Made by a program: the position numbers and the translations under genes. The notes beneath the pieces were generated by a model. That model was not told the origin of the DNA, did no database searches, and saw only the letters and a list, made by a program, of their open reading frames with translations. 64,000 nucleotides of DNA from Lachnospiraceae bacterium (lineage in GTDB: Bacteria > Bacillota > Clostridia > Lachnospirales > Lachnospiraceae), in NCBI GenBank assembly GCA_041848045.1, contig JBGZHY010000111.1, positions 4,327 through 68,326 of the forward strand. Reading direction: 5' to 3'. Shown here piece after piece: positions 28,983 through 37,521 of this stretch. Every line of letters starts with the position of its first letter. Position 1 is the stretch's first letter.

Positions 28983-29861
28983 GTGAAGATAAAACTGGCT
29001 TCTTTGAAGATATTGCGGGCGGCGCAGAAAGGCGCCTATGCCATTCCTGCTTTTAACATCAACAGCAGCGACTGGATAGAGGCGGCACTGTTGGCGGCGC
29101 AGAGAGAGGACAGCCCTTTGATACTGGCAAGTTCGGACAGACTGACGGATTACCTTGGAGGCTTTGGGGCGGTGCAGAGTATGGTGCAGGCTTACTGCAC
29201 GGCACTGGATATTGATATTCCCCTGGTGCTGCATCTGGATCACGGCGGAAGCTTTGAGCGCTGTGCGGCAGCTATTGACGCGGGTTACAGCTCGGTGATG
29301 ATTGACGGCTCCAAGCTGCCGATTGCGGAAAATATTGCTCTGACCCGCCGGGTTGTGGAGTATGCAAGGCAGAGGCAGGTCAGTATCGAAGCGGAGGTAG
29401 GCTGTGTGGGCGGAAGCGAGGACGGCTTAACCAGCGGCATTGCCTATGCGGATATAGAAGAATGTGTAAAACTGGTGGAGGAAAGCAAGGTAGATGCTCT
29501 GGCGGCAGCCCTCGGTTCCGTACATGGGATATACCAAGGAGAGCCTTGCCTGTCCTTTGAAAGAATGGAAGAAATTGCAAAGCGTGTAGAAATACCTTTG
29601 GTACTGCACGGTGCGTCCGGCATACCGGCGGAGCAGGTACAGCGCTGTATCCGTTTGGGACATGCCAAAATCAACATCAACACGGAATGTAATCAAGTCT
29701 GGCTTGCGGCATTGCGGGAGGCTTTGGAAAAATATCCGAAGACCCATGAGCCGCGAATGGTGATGCAGCCGACCAAGGAGGCTTTGTGCACATATATGCA
29801 GTCCAGGATGCGGGAGTTCGGCTCATCGGGGCGTGCAAAGGAGGTAAAGGAATATGTATGA
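28983..29861 (+). CDS. iolJ: 6-phospho-5-dehydro-2-deoxy-D-gluconate aldolase (class II FBP-aldolase family)
   Basis: GTG 28983 is 6 nt after AGGAGG (in-frame ATGs at 28959/28965 lack an SD). Motifs YAIPAFN, LHLDHG, LVLHGASG. Confidence 0.85.
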   Translation: MKIKLASLKILRAAQKGAYAIPAFNINSSDWIEAALLAAQREDSPLILASSDRLTDYLGGFGAVQSMVQAYCTALDIDIPLVLHLDHGGSFERCAAAIDAGYSSVMIDGSKLPIAENIALTRRVVEYARQRQVSIEAEVGCVGGSEDGLTSGIAYADIEECVKLVEESKVDALAAALGSVHGIYQGEPCLSFERMEEIAKRVEIPLVLHGASGIPAEQVQRCIRLGHAKININTECNQVWLAALREALEKYPKTHEPRMVMQPTKEALCTYMQSRMREFGSSGRAKEVKEYV

Positions 29862-30606
29862 GAGATTGGCTCGGGATGAAAGATGTGTAAGTCTGTCATC
29901 CATCGGGAATAAGAATAAAGCCATGGATATGGATGTGGATATTTATACCCTGGAGGATGAGGAATTAAGCTTTCGGGAAGAGGAAAAGGAAATGGCTATC
30001 CTGCTGTTGGAGGGAGAGCTGTGCTTTTCCTGGAACGGAGAGCAGGCGACGGGCTTTCGCAAAAATGTATTTGAGGATATGCCCTTCTGTCTGCATGTGG
30101 CGGCAAAGACTTCCGTGCTTTGTCGCCCCCGGGGAAGGGTGCAGTTCCTGGTGCAAAAAGCCGTAAACAAAGGCAGCTTTGCCCCTGTTTTGTATAAGCA
30201 GGAGGAGTTTTCCGAGGTGAGAGCAGGCGAGGGCTTTATGGAGAATACGGCGACAAGATTGATTCGTACGATTTTCGATTATCAGAGCGCGCCGTATTCC
30301 AATATGGTTTTGGGAGAGGTGATTGCGGAGCAGGGCAGGTGGTCCAGCTATCCGCCGCACTATCATGCCCAGCCGGAGGTATATTACTATAAGTTTGACA
30401 AGCCTCAAGGCTTCGGCTGTGCCATGATTGGCGACGCGGCTTACAAGATTTATGATCACAGCTATATTGCCATAGAGGGAGGATACAGCCACCCGCAGGC
30501 TACGGCACCCGGATATAAGATGTATTTTTGCTGGATGATTAGGCATTTGGACGGAAATCCGTGGAAGGACCGGATTTTTGAGCCGGAGCATGAGTGGATG
30601 GTATAA
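29854..30606 (+). CDS. iolB: 5-deoxy-glucuronate isomerase
   Basis: Cupin KduI/IolB-type sequence (SSYPPHYH...EVYYY). 8-nt overlap with iolJ. Confidence 0.85.
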   Translation: MYERLARDERCVSLSSIGNKNKAMDMDVDIYTLEDEELSFREEEKEMAILLLEGELCFSWNGEQATGFRKNVFEDMPFCLHVAAKTSVLCRPRGRVQFLVQKAVNKGSFAPVLYKQEEFSEVRAGEGFMENTATRLIRTIFDYQSAPYSNMVLGEVIAEQGRWSSYPPHYHAQPEVYYYKFDKPQGFGCAMIGDAAYKIYDHSYIAIEGGYSHPQATAPGYKMYFCWMIRHLDGNPWKDRIFEPEHEWMV

Positions 30607-30703
30607 GGGAAGATATCCTTTACGGTGGGTTAACACCTAAAATCCGAAAATTTTGCGGACGAATGTGCCGGAAGGCTGGCGGACAGCGATAAAATTAACC
30701 ACT

Positions 30704-30750
30704 AAAGGGAGTATGAAGCGTTGCGGCGTTTCTGCTCCCTTTTAAAATTT
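30704..30750. terminator. bidirectional terminator between convergent iolB and DUF4097 genes
   Basis: AAAGGGAG (30704-30711) / CTCCCTTT (30735-30742) with an inner GAAGCG/GCGTTTC stem. T/A runs on both sides. Confidence 0.7.
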
Positions 30751-30759
30751 GATAAGGGC

Positions 30760-31635
30760 TTATCGTTTCTGTATATGAATCGTCCCCAGATCCGTTCTTA
30801 CATTGACATAAATCCTTTCGGAATTGCCGTCTTCTTTGCGGGCGGTATTTTCCTCCGGACTATCGGCATTGACCGCAAAATCACTGACCAAAGAACCGAA
30901 ATCGCTCTTGGCAAACAAAGAAACATCGGCATCTTCGGGAAGATAGATTTGCACATCTCCGACATCGGCGCTGATTTCGTGGATGGAATTTTGGCTGACC
31001 GATGCTCTAAATTCCACATCTCCCACATTGGCGGAAATATGGGAATAGGAACGCAGGCTTCCCTCTATATCCACATTTCCCACATCGCTTTGCAGATGAA
31101 GCTCCTCCAGAGAGGAAAAAAGCTCCAGATCCCCCACATTGTTTTGGATGTTCAAGGATTTTGCCTCACTGTACAGAGAAAAATTTCCCACGTCGTTTTG
31201 TACCGATAAAACCAAATCCTTTCGGGAATGGGGAATCCGGATACGCAGCTTCGGCGTGTAGGAAGGCGACAGCCCCCCGATAAGAGGTCTGGAAGCGTGT
31301 ATAGCCTTGACGTACAGGATGCCTGACTGAGGATTGGCATTTAGGGTGGAGCCATGCATCGCTTCGTACAGGATGTGCAGTTTTTCTCCCTCGTAAGCTT
31401 CGATGGACAAATCCGCCATGGTATTTTCAATATCCAGCCCGGTAATCCCCTCCAGGCTGTACTCCTGCTCCTGTATCAAAGCAGGGCTTTCCGTATAGGA
31501 CGAAAAGGAGAACACCTGCTGCGGATAACGCAAATACAGGACAAAGGCCAGCAGAAAAGAGGTACAAAATATGACAAATAAAGAAACCAAACTGATTAAC
31601 AGCCATTTTTTATGTTTTTGTGTTTTCATACGCAT
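30760..31635 (-). CDS. DUF4097-type (LiaG-like) membrane-anchored beta-helix repeat protein
   Basis: N-terminal TM (WLLISLVSLFVIFCTSFLLAFVLYL). Five roughly 20-aa repeats with VG(D/N) cores: NDVGNFSL, NNVGDLEL, SDVGNVDI, ANVGDVEF, ADVGDVQI. Confidence 0.8.
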   Translation of the reverse strand: MRMKTQKHKKWLLISLVSLFVIFCTSFLLAFVLYLRYPQQVFSFSSYTESPALIQEQEYSLEGITGLDIENTMADLSIEAYEGEKLHILYEAMHGSTLNANPQSGILYVKAIHASRPLIGGLSPSYTPKLRIRIPHSRKDLVLSVQNDVGNFSLYSEAKSLNIQNNVGDLELFSSLEELHLQSDVGNVDIEGSLRSYSHISANVGDVEFRASVSQNSIHEISADVGDVQIYLPEDADVSLFAKSDFGSLVSDFAVNADSPEENTARKEDGNSERIYVNVRTDLGTIHIQKR

Positions 31636-31639
31636 CCTC

Positions 31640-32236
31640 CTATGGTGTACCGGCCTTTTTTACCAAAGAAACATTGGCCTTGATGTAGGAAAGGGTTAAA
31701 TGCCCCAGAAGCTTTGCCAGCAGTGCTGATAAGATAAGCAGGAACAAGCCCAGGGAAAAGAGCCCTAAGCCGCTGAAAAAGCAGGCAATTTTTCCGATGA
31801 CATTGTCAAAATTGTAGATTGTGGAAAAAAACATAGACTCGGCAGCCAGAAAAGGCAGCCCCATCAGCACTATGCCGGATAAAATTACCGCAGCGCTTGC
31901 CGCGAAAAAGCCGAACAGGGCGCCCAGCAGGGCAAGGTAAATCCCCAGTACCACAATCAGGTTAAAAAGCCCCAAGCCGATGGCGGCAAGTATAGCCAAA
32001 AAAAGATTGAAGGGACGCGGGTTCTCCTCGGCTTTTTTGATGACGTTTTCCAGGCGATAAGCCATGGCAATTTGTTTTGGGGAACCGAGAGAAGCACAGA
32101 TTTCTTCTTCGCTTTTGCCATGTTCCGTACCGATGCGGAAATGCTCCTCGTAATCGTATAAAATTTCACGCTTTTCCTCCTCGCCAAAGCCGTTTAAGCC
32201 GGCTTGCAGCGTGTCTAAGAATATTTTTTTATTCAT
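31640..32236 (-). CDS. DUF1700-type membrane protein (cytoplasmic helical N-domain + multi-TM C-terminus)
   Basis: N-terminus [28 protein letters not shown]...LGSPKQIA typical of DUF1700, followed by 3-4 TM helices. 8-nt overlap with the PadR gene. Confidence 0.75.
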   Translation of the reverse strand: MNKKIFLDTLQAGLNGFGEEEKREILYDYEEHFRIGTEHGKSEEEICASLGSPKQIAMAYRLENVIKKAEENPRPFNLFLAILAAIGLGLFNLIVVLGIYLALLGALFGFFAASAAVILSGIVLMGLPFLAAESMFFSTIYNFDNVIGKIACFFSGLGLFSLGLFLLILSALLAKLLGHLTLSYIKANVSLVKKAGTP

Positions 32237-32564
32237 TTTCTCTTCCTTCCTCTGCTTCCGGTTGTAATATACAAGCCACCTGATGGGAAAAACTCTCCCA
32301 TTCGCTCCGCAAAGCTTCGTACCTTTGCAGTCCCGTATTGCTGATGGTGTAATATTTTCTGGGTGGTCCTTCCGTGGATTCCTTTAAGTAGGTGGCGCAG
32401 TATTTTTCGGTGGTCAGCCTGCGAAGCAAAGGATATATGGTACCTTCGGACACCTGGATGACCTGAGAAATGACCTCTACTATTTCGTATCCGTAGCAGT
32501 CCTTTCGGCTGATGAGAGAAAGTACGCATAATTCCAAAACCCCTTTTTTAAACTGCGTAATCAT
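32229..32564 (-). CDS. PadR-family transcriptional regulator
   Basis: Winged-helix motif [25 protein letters not shown]...[18 protein letters not shown] at 32564 follows GAAAGGAAAAGG; the track start at 32582 is a TTG without SD. Confidence 0.88.
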   Translation of the reverse strand: MITQFKKGVLELCVLSLISRKDCYGYEIVEVISQVIQVSEGTIYPLLRRLTTEKYCATYLKESTEGPPRKYYTISNTGLQRYEALRSEWESFSHQVACILQPEAEEGRENE

Positions 32565-32608
32565 TGCCTTTTCCTTTCTCAATGTCTGTGTATCGTTTCA
32601 TGTGTTTC

Positions 32609-32637
32609 ATTATAGCACAGGCTACTGTATATTGCAA
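32609..32637 (-). promoter_or_regulatory. promoter of PadR cassette, with tandem GTTTCAT heptamers (32595-32610, + strand reading) over the -10/start site
   Basis: Minus-strand TTGCAA (32637-32632), 17-nt spacer, TGcTATAAT (-10 at 32614-32609). Directly followed by ATGAAACacATGAAAC. Confidence 0.6.
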
Positions 32638-32677
32638 GGTACTATGTGATATATTAGTGAGGGGAAATAAGTTTTTA

Positions 32678-32705
32678 TTGTAATTTTCATCATTTGTGAT
32701 ATAGT
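32678..32705 (+). promoter_or_regulatory. rho promoter with extended -10
   Basis: TTGTAA (32678-32683), 16-nt spacer, TGaTATAGT (32697-32705). Same TGATATAGTAAA string as the greA promoter. Confidence 0.55.
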
Positions 32706-32816
32706 AAAATGCAAACAGTCTTTGGTTTCTGCCGTCCGACGGCATAAAGGCGAGAATCATCGCAATTACCCCAAAACACGAGCATGGAAACGGTATTAAA
32801 AGTGAGGAATATGTCT

Positions 32817-34208
32817 ATGAAAGAAAAACTGGCAACCCTTTCTTTACTTCAGCTAAAAGAGATAGCCAAGCAAAACGGCTTAAAGAAGATTACGGGCTTG
32901 AAGAAAGAAGAACTGATTGAAGCATTGATAGAATTTGACAGAAAACAAAAAGAGGAGCGCGGCACACACGCACAGGAAACGAGAGGCAAAAGCGAGGGAA
33001 GAAGCTTTGCGGAAGCGAAGGCGGTGGGAGAAGCACCGGAAGAAAAAGGCGGCGTAGATATGCGGGATTTGGATTCCGGCGAGCTGGCAAGCGGCATTTT
33101 GGAGGTAATGCCGGACGGCTTCGGTTTCATCAGAAGTGAGAATTTCCTTCCGGGAGCGGACGATGTTTATGTGGCACCTTCCCAGATTAAGCGTTTTCGC
33201 CTGAAGACCGGAGATGTGATTGCCGGTTCCAAGCGCATTAAAACCATGGCGGAGAAATTTGCGGCGCTTTTATACATCACGACCATCAACGGTTATCCGG
33301 CTTCCGGCGTGCATAACCGTCCGAATTTTGAAGATTTGACCCCTGTTTATCCGAATGAGCGCATTCATTTAAGCATTACCGCAAGACCGAATACGCCGGC
33401 GATGCGAGTGGTGGATCTGCTTTCCCCGATCGGCAAAGGGCAAAGGGGTATGATTGTGGCGCCGCCGAAAGCGGGCAAGACCACCTTATTAAAACAGATT
33501 GCTTCCGCGGTAACGGCGAATCATCCGGATATGCACCTGATTATCCTCTTGATTGACGAAAGACCGGAGGAAGTGACGGACATCAAGGAGGCGATTGTGG
33601 GGCCGCAGGTGGAGGTGATTTATTCCACCTTTGACGAGCAGCCGGAGAAGCATAAGCGTGTATCGGAAATGGTTATCGAAAGAGCCAAAAGACTGGTGGA
33701 GCACGGCGAGGACGTGGTGGTGCTGCTGGATTCCATTACACGTCTGGCAAGAGCCTACAACCTGATTGTGGCACCAAGCGGAAGAACCCTTTCCGGCGGT
33801 TTGGATCCGGCGGCTTTGTATATGCCGAAGCGCTTTTTCGGCGCTGCCAGAAATTTCAGGGAAAAGGGCAGTCTGACAGTGCTTGCCACGGCATTGGTGG
33901 AAACCGGTTCGCGCATGGATGACGTGGTTTTTGAGGAGTTTAAGGGCACGGGCAATATGGAGCTGGTTCTGGACAGAAAATTATCCGAGAAGCGAATTTT
34001 CCCTGCTATCGACATCTTAAAGAGCGGGACAAGGCGAGATGATTTACTGTTGAGCCCCCAGGAACAGGAAGCGGTGGAAATCATTCGCAAACTGACCGGC
34101 AGTTTCAAGCCGGAAGAGGCGGTGGAGCGCATATTGAATACCTTTGCGGACACCAAAACGAATTTTGAACTGATTGATACGATTAAGAAAATGCGTTTTA
34201 ACGGCTGA
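32817..34208 (+). CDS. rho: transcription termination factor Rho with ~40-aa charged insertion after the N-terminal helix bundle
   Basis: Rho_N (LSLLQLKEIAKQNGL), CSD (LEVMPDGFGFIRS), Walker A APPKAGKTT, Walker B VVLLDSITRLARAYN. ATG 32817 is 8 nt after GAGGA (in-frame ATGs also at 32784 and 32811). Confidence 0.93.
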   Translation: MKEKLATLSLLQLKEIAKQNGLKKITGLKKEELIEALIEFDRKQKEERGTHAQETRGKSEGRSFAEAKAVGEAPEEKGGVDMRDLDSGELASGILEVMPDGFGFIRSENFLPGADDVYVAPSQIKRFRLKTGDVIAGSKRIKTMAEKFAALLYITTINGYPASGVHNRPNFEDLTPVYPNERIHLSITARPNTPAMRVVDLLSPIGKGQRGMIVAPPKAGKTTLLKQIASAVTANHPDMHLIILLIDERPEEVTDIKEAIVGPQVEVIYSTFDEQPEKHKRVSEMVIERAKRLVEHGEDVVVLLDSITRLARAYNLIVAPSGRTLSGGLDPAALYMPKRFFGAARNFREKGSLTVLATALVETGSRMDDVVFEEFKGTGNMELVLDRKLSEKRIFPAIDILKSGTRRDDLLLSPQEQEAVEIIRKLTGSFKPEEAVERILNTFADTKTNFELIDTIKKMRFNG

Positions 34209-34912
34209 TGAGAATAAAGATGATAAAAAAGGCCTTTGGGGACAGTATTCCCGTTCTGGCGGGCTATGCGGTGCTGGGACTGGGCTTCGGTGTCCTTGCC
34301 GTATCCAAGGGCTACGGTGTGCTGACGGTTTTTCTGATGAGCCTGCTGATTTACGGCGGTTCTATGCAGTATGTGGGAATAGAGTTGATGAGCAGCGGAG
34401 CCGGCATTTTATCCGCCGCTCTTTTGACCCTGATGATACATGCCAGACATCTGTTTTACGGCATTTCCATGATAGAATGCTTTAAAGGGATTAAAAAGTG
34501 CAGATGGTATGCGATGTTTGCGCTGACGGATGAAAGCTATTCCATTTTGTGCAACGCCAAGGTGGAGGAAAGGGAAAAGACGGCATACTTTTTGCTGGTT
34601 TCCCTGTTCAATCAGCTGTATTGGATTACGGGAACGGTGCTCGGCGCCGCCTTGGGAAACATTATTCCCGTGAACACGAAGGGGGTAGAGTTTGCCATGA
34701 CTGCCCTGTTTACAACGATTTTTGTGAACCAGTGGCAGGAGTGCAGGGAGCACAAATATGCCTTAAGCGCCATGGGCATCAGCCTGCTGTGTCTGTTTGT
34801 TTTCGGCGGGGAATATTTTCTGATTCCCGCCATGTGCGGTATTTTATTGTTTTTGACCCTGGATTACCGCAGGACAAAAACCGGGGAGGGAAAGAAGAAT
34901 GGAAGTACATAG
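34208..34912 (+). CDS. azlC: branched-chain amino acid exporter subunit AzlC family
   Basis: Multi-TM protein with AzlC-like N-terminus (FGDSIPVLAGYAVLGLGFG). ATG overlaps rho stop by 1 nt (alternative ATG 34220). Confidence 0.8.
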   Translation: MRIKMIKKAFGDSIPVLAGYAVLGLGFGVLAVSKGYGVLTVFLMSLLIYGGSMQYVGIELMSSGAGILSAALLTLMIHARHLFYGISMIECFKGIKKCRWYAMFALTDESYSILCNAKVEEREKTAYFLLVSLFNQLYWITGTVLGAALGNIIPVNTKGVEFAMTALFTTIFVNQWQECREHKYALSAMGISLLCLFVFGGEYFLIPAMCGILLFLTLDYRRTKTGEGKKNGST

Positions 34913-35225
34913 CCTGTTGATGATACTCACCATGTCGGCGGTGACCGTTTTGCTGCGGGTGCTGCCGTTTATGCTGTTTGCAGGGAAGGAAACGCCGCCC
35001 TACATTTGCTATCTGGGTAAGGCTCTGCCTTACGGCATCATGGCTATGCTGCTGGTGTACTGTCTGCGCGGGGTCAAGGTATGGGAAGGCAGCAGGGGGC
35101 TGCCGGAAGCCATATCCTGCATTTTTGTGATTGCACTGCATTTGTGGAAGAAGAACACCTTGCTAAGCGTAGGCGCGGGAACGTTATTGTATATGCTGCT
35201 GGTGCAGAAGGTGTTTGTGTCTTAG
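34899..35225 (+). CDS. azlD: AzlD family branched-chain amino acid transport protein
   Basis: 108-aa, 3-4 TM, RVLPFMLF motif. Overlaps azlC by 14 nt. Confidence 0.8.
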   Translation: MEVHSLLMILTMSAVTVLLRVLPFMLFAGKETPPYICYLGKALPYGIMAMLLVYCLRGVKVWEGSRGLPEAISCIFVIALHLWKKNTLLSVGAGTLLYMLLVQKVFVS

Positions 35226-35244
35226 AAGGGGAGGGAAACGGAAG

Positions 35245-35418
35245 ATGGATATATGCGACAGCTGCGCTTATCTTGTCTATGACGAAGAATGGGAAGCTTA
35301 TGTCTGCGATGCCTGCCCGGATGAGGATGAAATGGCAAGGCTCTTAAGCGGCAATGCCAGGGGCTGTCCCTATTATCGAAACGGGGATGAGTACAAAATT
35401 GTACGCAGACAGATATAA
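35245..35418 (+). CDS. 57-aa Cys4 (CxxC-X13-CxxC) zinc-ribbon-like protein of unknown function
   Basis: MDICDSCAYLVYDEEWEAYVCDACPDEDE...: paired CxxC motifs. GGAGG upstream of ATG 35245 (track start 35215). Confidence 0.6.
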   Translation: MDICDSCAYLVYDEEWEAYVCDACPDEDEMARLLSGNARGCPYYRNGDEYKIVRRQI

Positions 35419-35441
35419 AACGGAAGAAAGCAAAAGAGGAA

Positions 35442-36587
35442 ATGATAAAGAAAACATTGGAAGAAATGGAGCTGGACGGCAGGGAAAAGCTGATTATTGA
35501 CGTACGGGGAAGGGATGACCACGAAAAGGGCGCCTATCCCGGCTCCGTCAATATTCCGGCTTTTCATTTTGCAGGGCATAAGGACAGCCTGCCGAAAGAC
35601 AAGCCGATTTACCTGCTTTGTTACAGCGGAACCATTACGGATGATATGGCGGAAGAATACGGCAGGCAGGGCTACGAAATATACAGCCTGGTAAACGGGT
35701 ACCGGGCGTATCTGAAAAGGAAGCTGGAAGAGTATTTTGCCGATGCCGACCGAAAAGAGGAAAAAAATCGGGAAATCGAACGGAGCATCATCAAGAAGTT
35801 TCGCAAAGAGATATGGAAACGGTTTACCGCCGCCATCAATGAATATGAGTTGATTAAAGACGGCGATAAAATTGCGGTCTGTATATCCGGAGGCAAGGAT
35901 TCCATGCTGATGGCAAAGCTGTTTCAGGAGCTCTCCCGGCATGGAAGAAAGAATTTTGAAACGGTTTTCCTGGTGATGAATCCGGGTTACAATGACCTGA
36001 ACTATCAGACCATAGTGGACAATGCCAGGCTGATGAATATCCCGATACAGGTCTTTACATCAGATATTTTTGACGTGGTGGCGGATATGGATCAATCCCC
36101 TTGCTATATGTGTGCAAGGATGCGCAGGGGACATTTGTATGCCAAGGCAAAGGAGCTTGGCTGCAACAAGATTGCTTTGGGGCACCATTTTGACGACGTG
36201 ATTGAAACCATACTGATGGGCATGCTCTACGGCGCCCAGATACAGACGATGATGCCCAAGCTGCACAGCAGTCACTTTGAAGGTATGGAGCTGATTCGTC
36301 CTCTGTATCTGATTCGGGAAAAGGACATCATCCATTGGCGGACTTACAACGATTTGCAGTTTATTGCCTGTGCCTGTCGACTGACGGAGTCCTGTGCTTC
36401 CTGCGGAGGTACGGAACAGGGCTCTATGCGGGGCGAAGTGAAGCGTTTGATTGCAAGCCTGTCCAGGAATAATCCCTATATCGAAAAAAATATTTTCAGA
36501 AGCGTGGAAAATGTAAACCTGGAAACCGTTATCGCCTATAAAAAGGACGGAATCAAGCACAGCTTTTTGGAGGATTACGATGCCTGA
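35442..36587 (+). CDS. rhodanese domain fused to TtcA-family PP-loop ATPase (tRNA thiolation enzyme-like)
   Basis: N-terminal ~95-aa rhodanese-like domain (IIDVRGRDDHEKGAYPGSVNIP; candidate active loop CYSGTIT). PP-loop CISGGKDS. Cys clusters CYMCARMRRG and CACRLTESCASCGG as in Fe-S-dependent TtcA. Confidence 0.75.
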   Translation: MIKKTLEEMELDGREKLIIDVRGRDDHEKGAYPGSVNIPAFHFAGHKDSLPKDKPIYLLCYSGTITDDMAEEYGRQGYEIYSLVNGYRAYLKRKLEEYFADADRKEEKNREIERSIIKKFRKEIWKRFTAAINEYELIKDGDKIAVCISGGKDSMLMAKLFQELSRHGRKNFETVFLVMNPGYNDLNYQTIVDNARLMNIPIQVFTSDIFDVVADMDQSPCYMCARMRRGHLYAKAKELGCNKIALGHHFDDVIETILMGMLYGAQIQTMMPKLHSSHFEGMELIRPLYLIREKDIIHWRTYNDLQFIACACRLTESCASCGGTEQGSMRGEVKRLIASLSRNNPYIEKNIFRSVENVNLETVIAYKKDGIKHSFLEDYDA

Positions 36588-37458
36588 TTTGCGTATAAAG
36601 GATAAAAGAGTATTGAGCGTACAGGACATATCCTGCTTCGGAAAATGCTCGCTGACCGTGGCGTTGCCGATTATTTCCGCCTGCGGCGTGGAAACGGTGA
36701 TTTTGCCTTCGGCACTGCTAAGTACCCATACCGGCGGTTTTCAGGGACTTCATATACGGGATTTGTCTGAAGATATGTCTGCCATTGCCGCCCATTGGAA
36801 GAGGGAGGGTATTGCCTTTGACGCCCTGTATACGGGATATCTGGGGAAGGAAGAGCAGATAGACCGGGTGTTGGGGATGCTGCCGGAGTTGTTGTATCCG
36901 GAGGCTCTTGTCTTTGTGGATCCGGTAATGGCGGACCACGGCAGACTGTACCGGGGCTTTGACATGGCTTATGTGGAAAGGATGAAAGCCCTGTGCAAAA
37001 AAGCGGATGTTCTCCTGCCGAATATTACGGAAGCCTGTCTGCTGACGGGCTTAGACTATCGGGAGGAATATGATAAGGATTACATCGAAAGCCTGCTGGC
37101 GGGACTGCGAAAGCTGACAAAGGCCATGCTGGTACTAAAGGGCATACAGTTTGCAAAAGAGCCGGACAGGATATATGTTGCGTTGGAGCAGGTGACAGGG
37201 GACGGAAAGGTGCAAAGAAGCTGCATCGGAAAACGGAAGCTGCCCTTTGCCCGCCATGGAACGGGGGACTGCTTTGCCTCCGTTTTTGTAGGGGCAAGTC
37301 TGCGGGGCAGGAAGCCGGAAGAGGCGGCGGAGCTTGCCATGGAGTTTGTTTTACGGAGCATGGAGGCCGGAGCCGGGGACGAAAAGCACAGATATGGTGT
37401 GAAATTTGAAAAAAGTATACCTTATTTGGTGGAAAGCCTGGCTTTAGAAAGACTTTGA
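36580..37458 (+). CDS. pdxK: pyridoxal/pyridoxamine kinase
   Basis: N-terminus RVLSVQDISCFGKCSLTVALPIISACGVE and C-terminal GTGDCFASVF motif typical of ribokinase-fold PdxK/PdxY. Confidence 0.8.
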   Translation: MPDLRIKDKRVLSVQDISCFGKCSLTVALPIISACGVETVILPSALLSTHTGGFQGLHIRDLSEDMSAIAAHWKREGIAFDALYTGYLGKEEQIDRVLGMLPELLYPEALVFVDPVMADHGRLYRGFDMAYVERMKALCKKADVLLPNITEACLLTGLDYREEYDKDYIESLLAGLRKLTKAMLVLKGIQFAKEPDRIYVALEQVTGDGKVQRSCIGKRKLPFARHGTGDCFASVFVGASLRGRKPEEAAELAMEFVLRSMEAGAGDEKHRYGVKFEKSIPYLVESLALERL

Positions 37459-37475
37459 TAAAATGTCACAGAAAT

Positions 37476-37521
37476 GAAGAAAAGATGGACGAAGCTTATG
37501 TTTTTTGTTCATCTTTTCTTC
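37476..37521 (+). terminator. 12-bp stem hairpin after pdxK (terminator candidate)
   Basis: GAAGAAAAGATG (37476-37487) / CATCTTTTCTTC (37510-37521), 22-nt loop containing a T-run; weak T tract after the stem. Confidence 0.45.
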
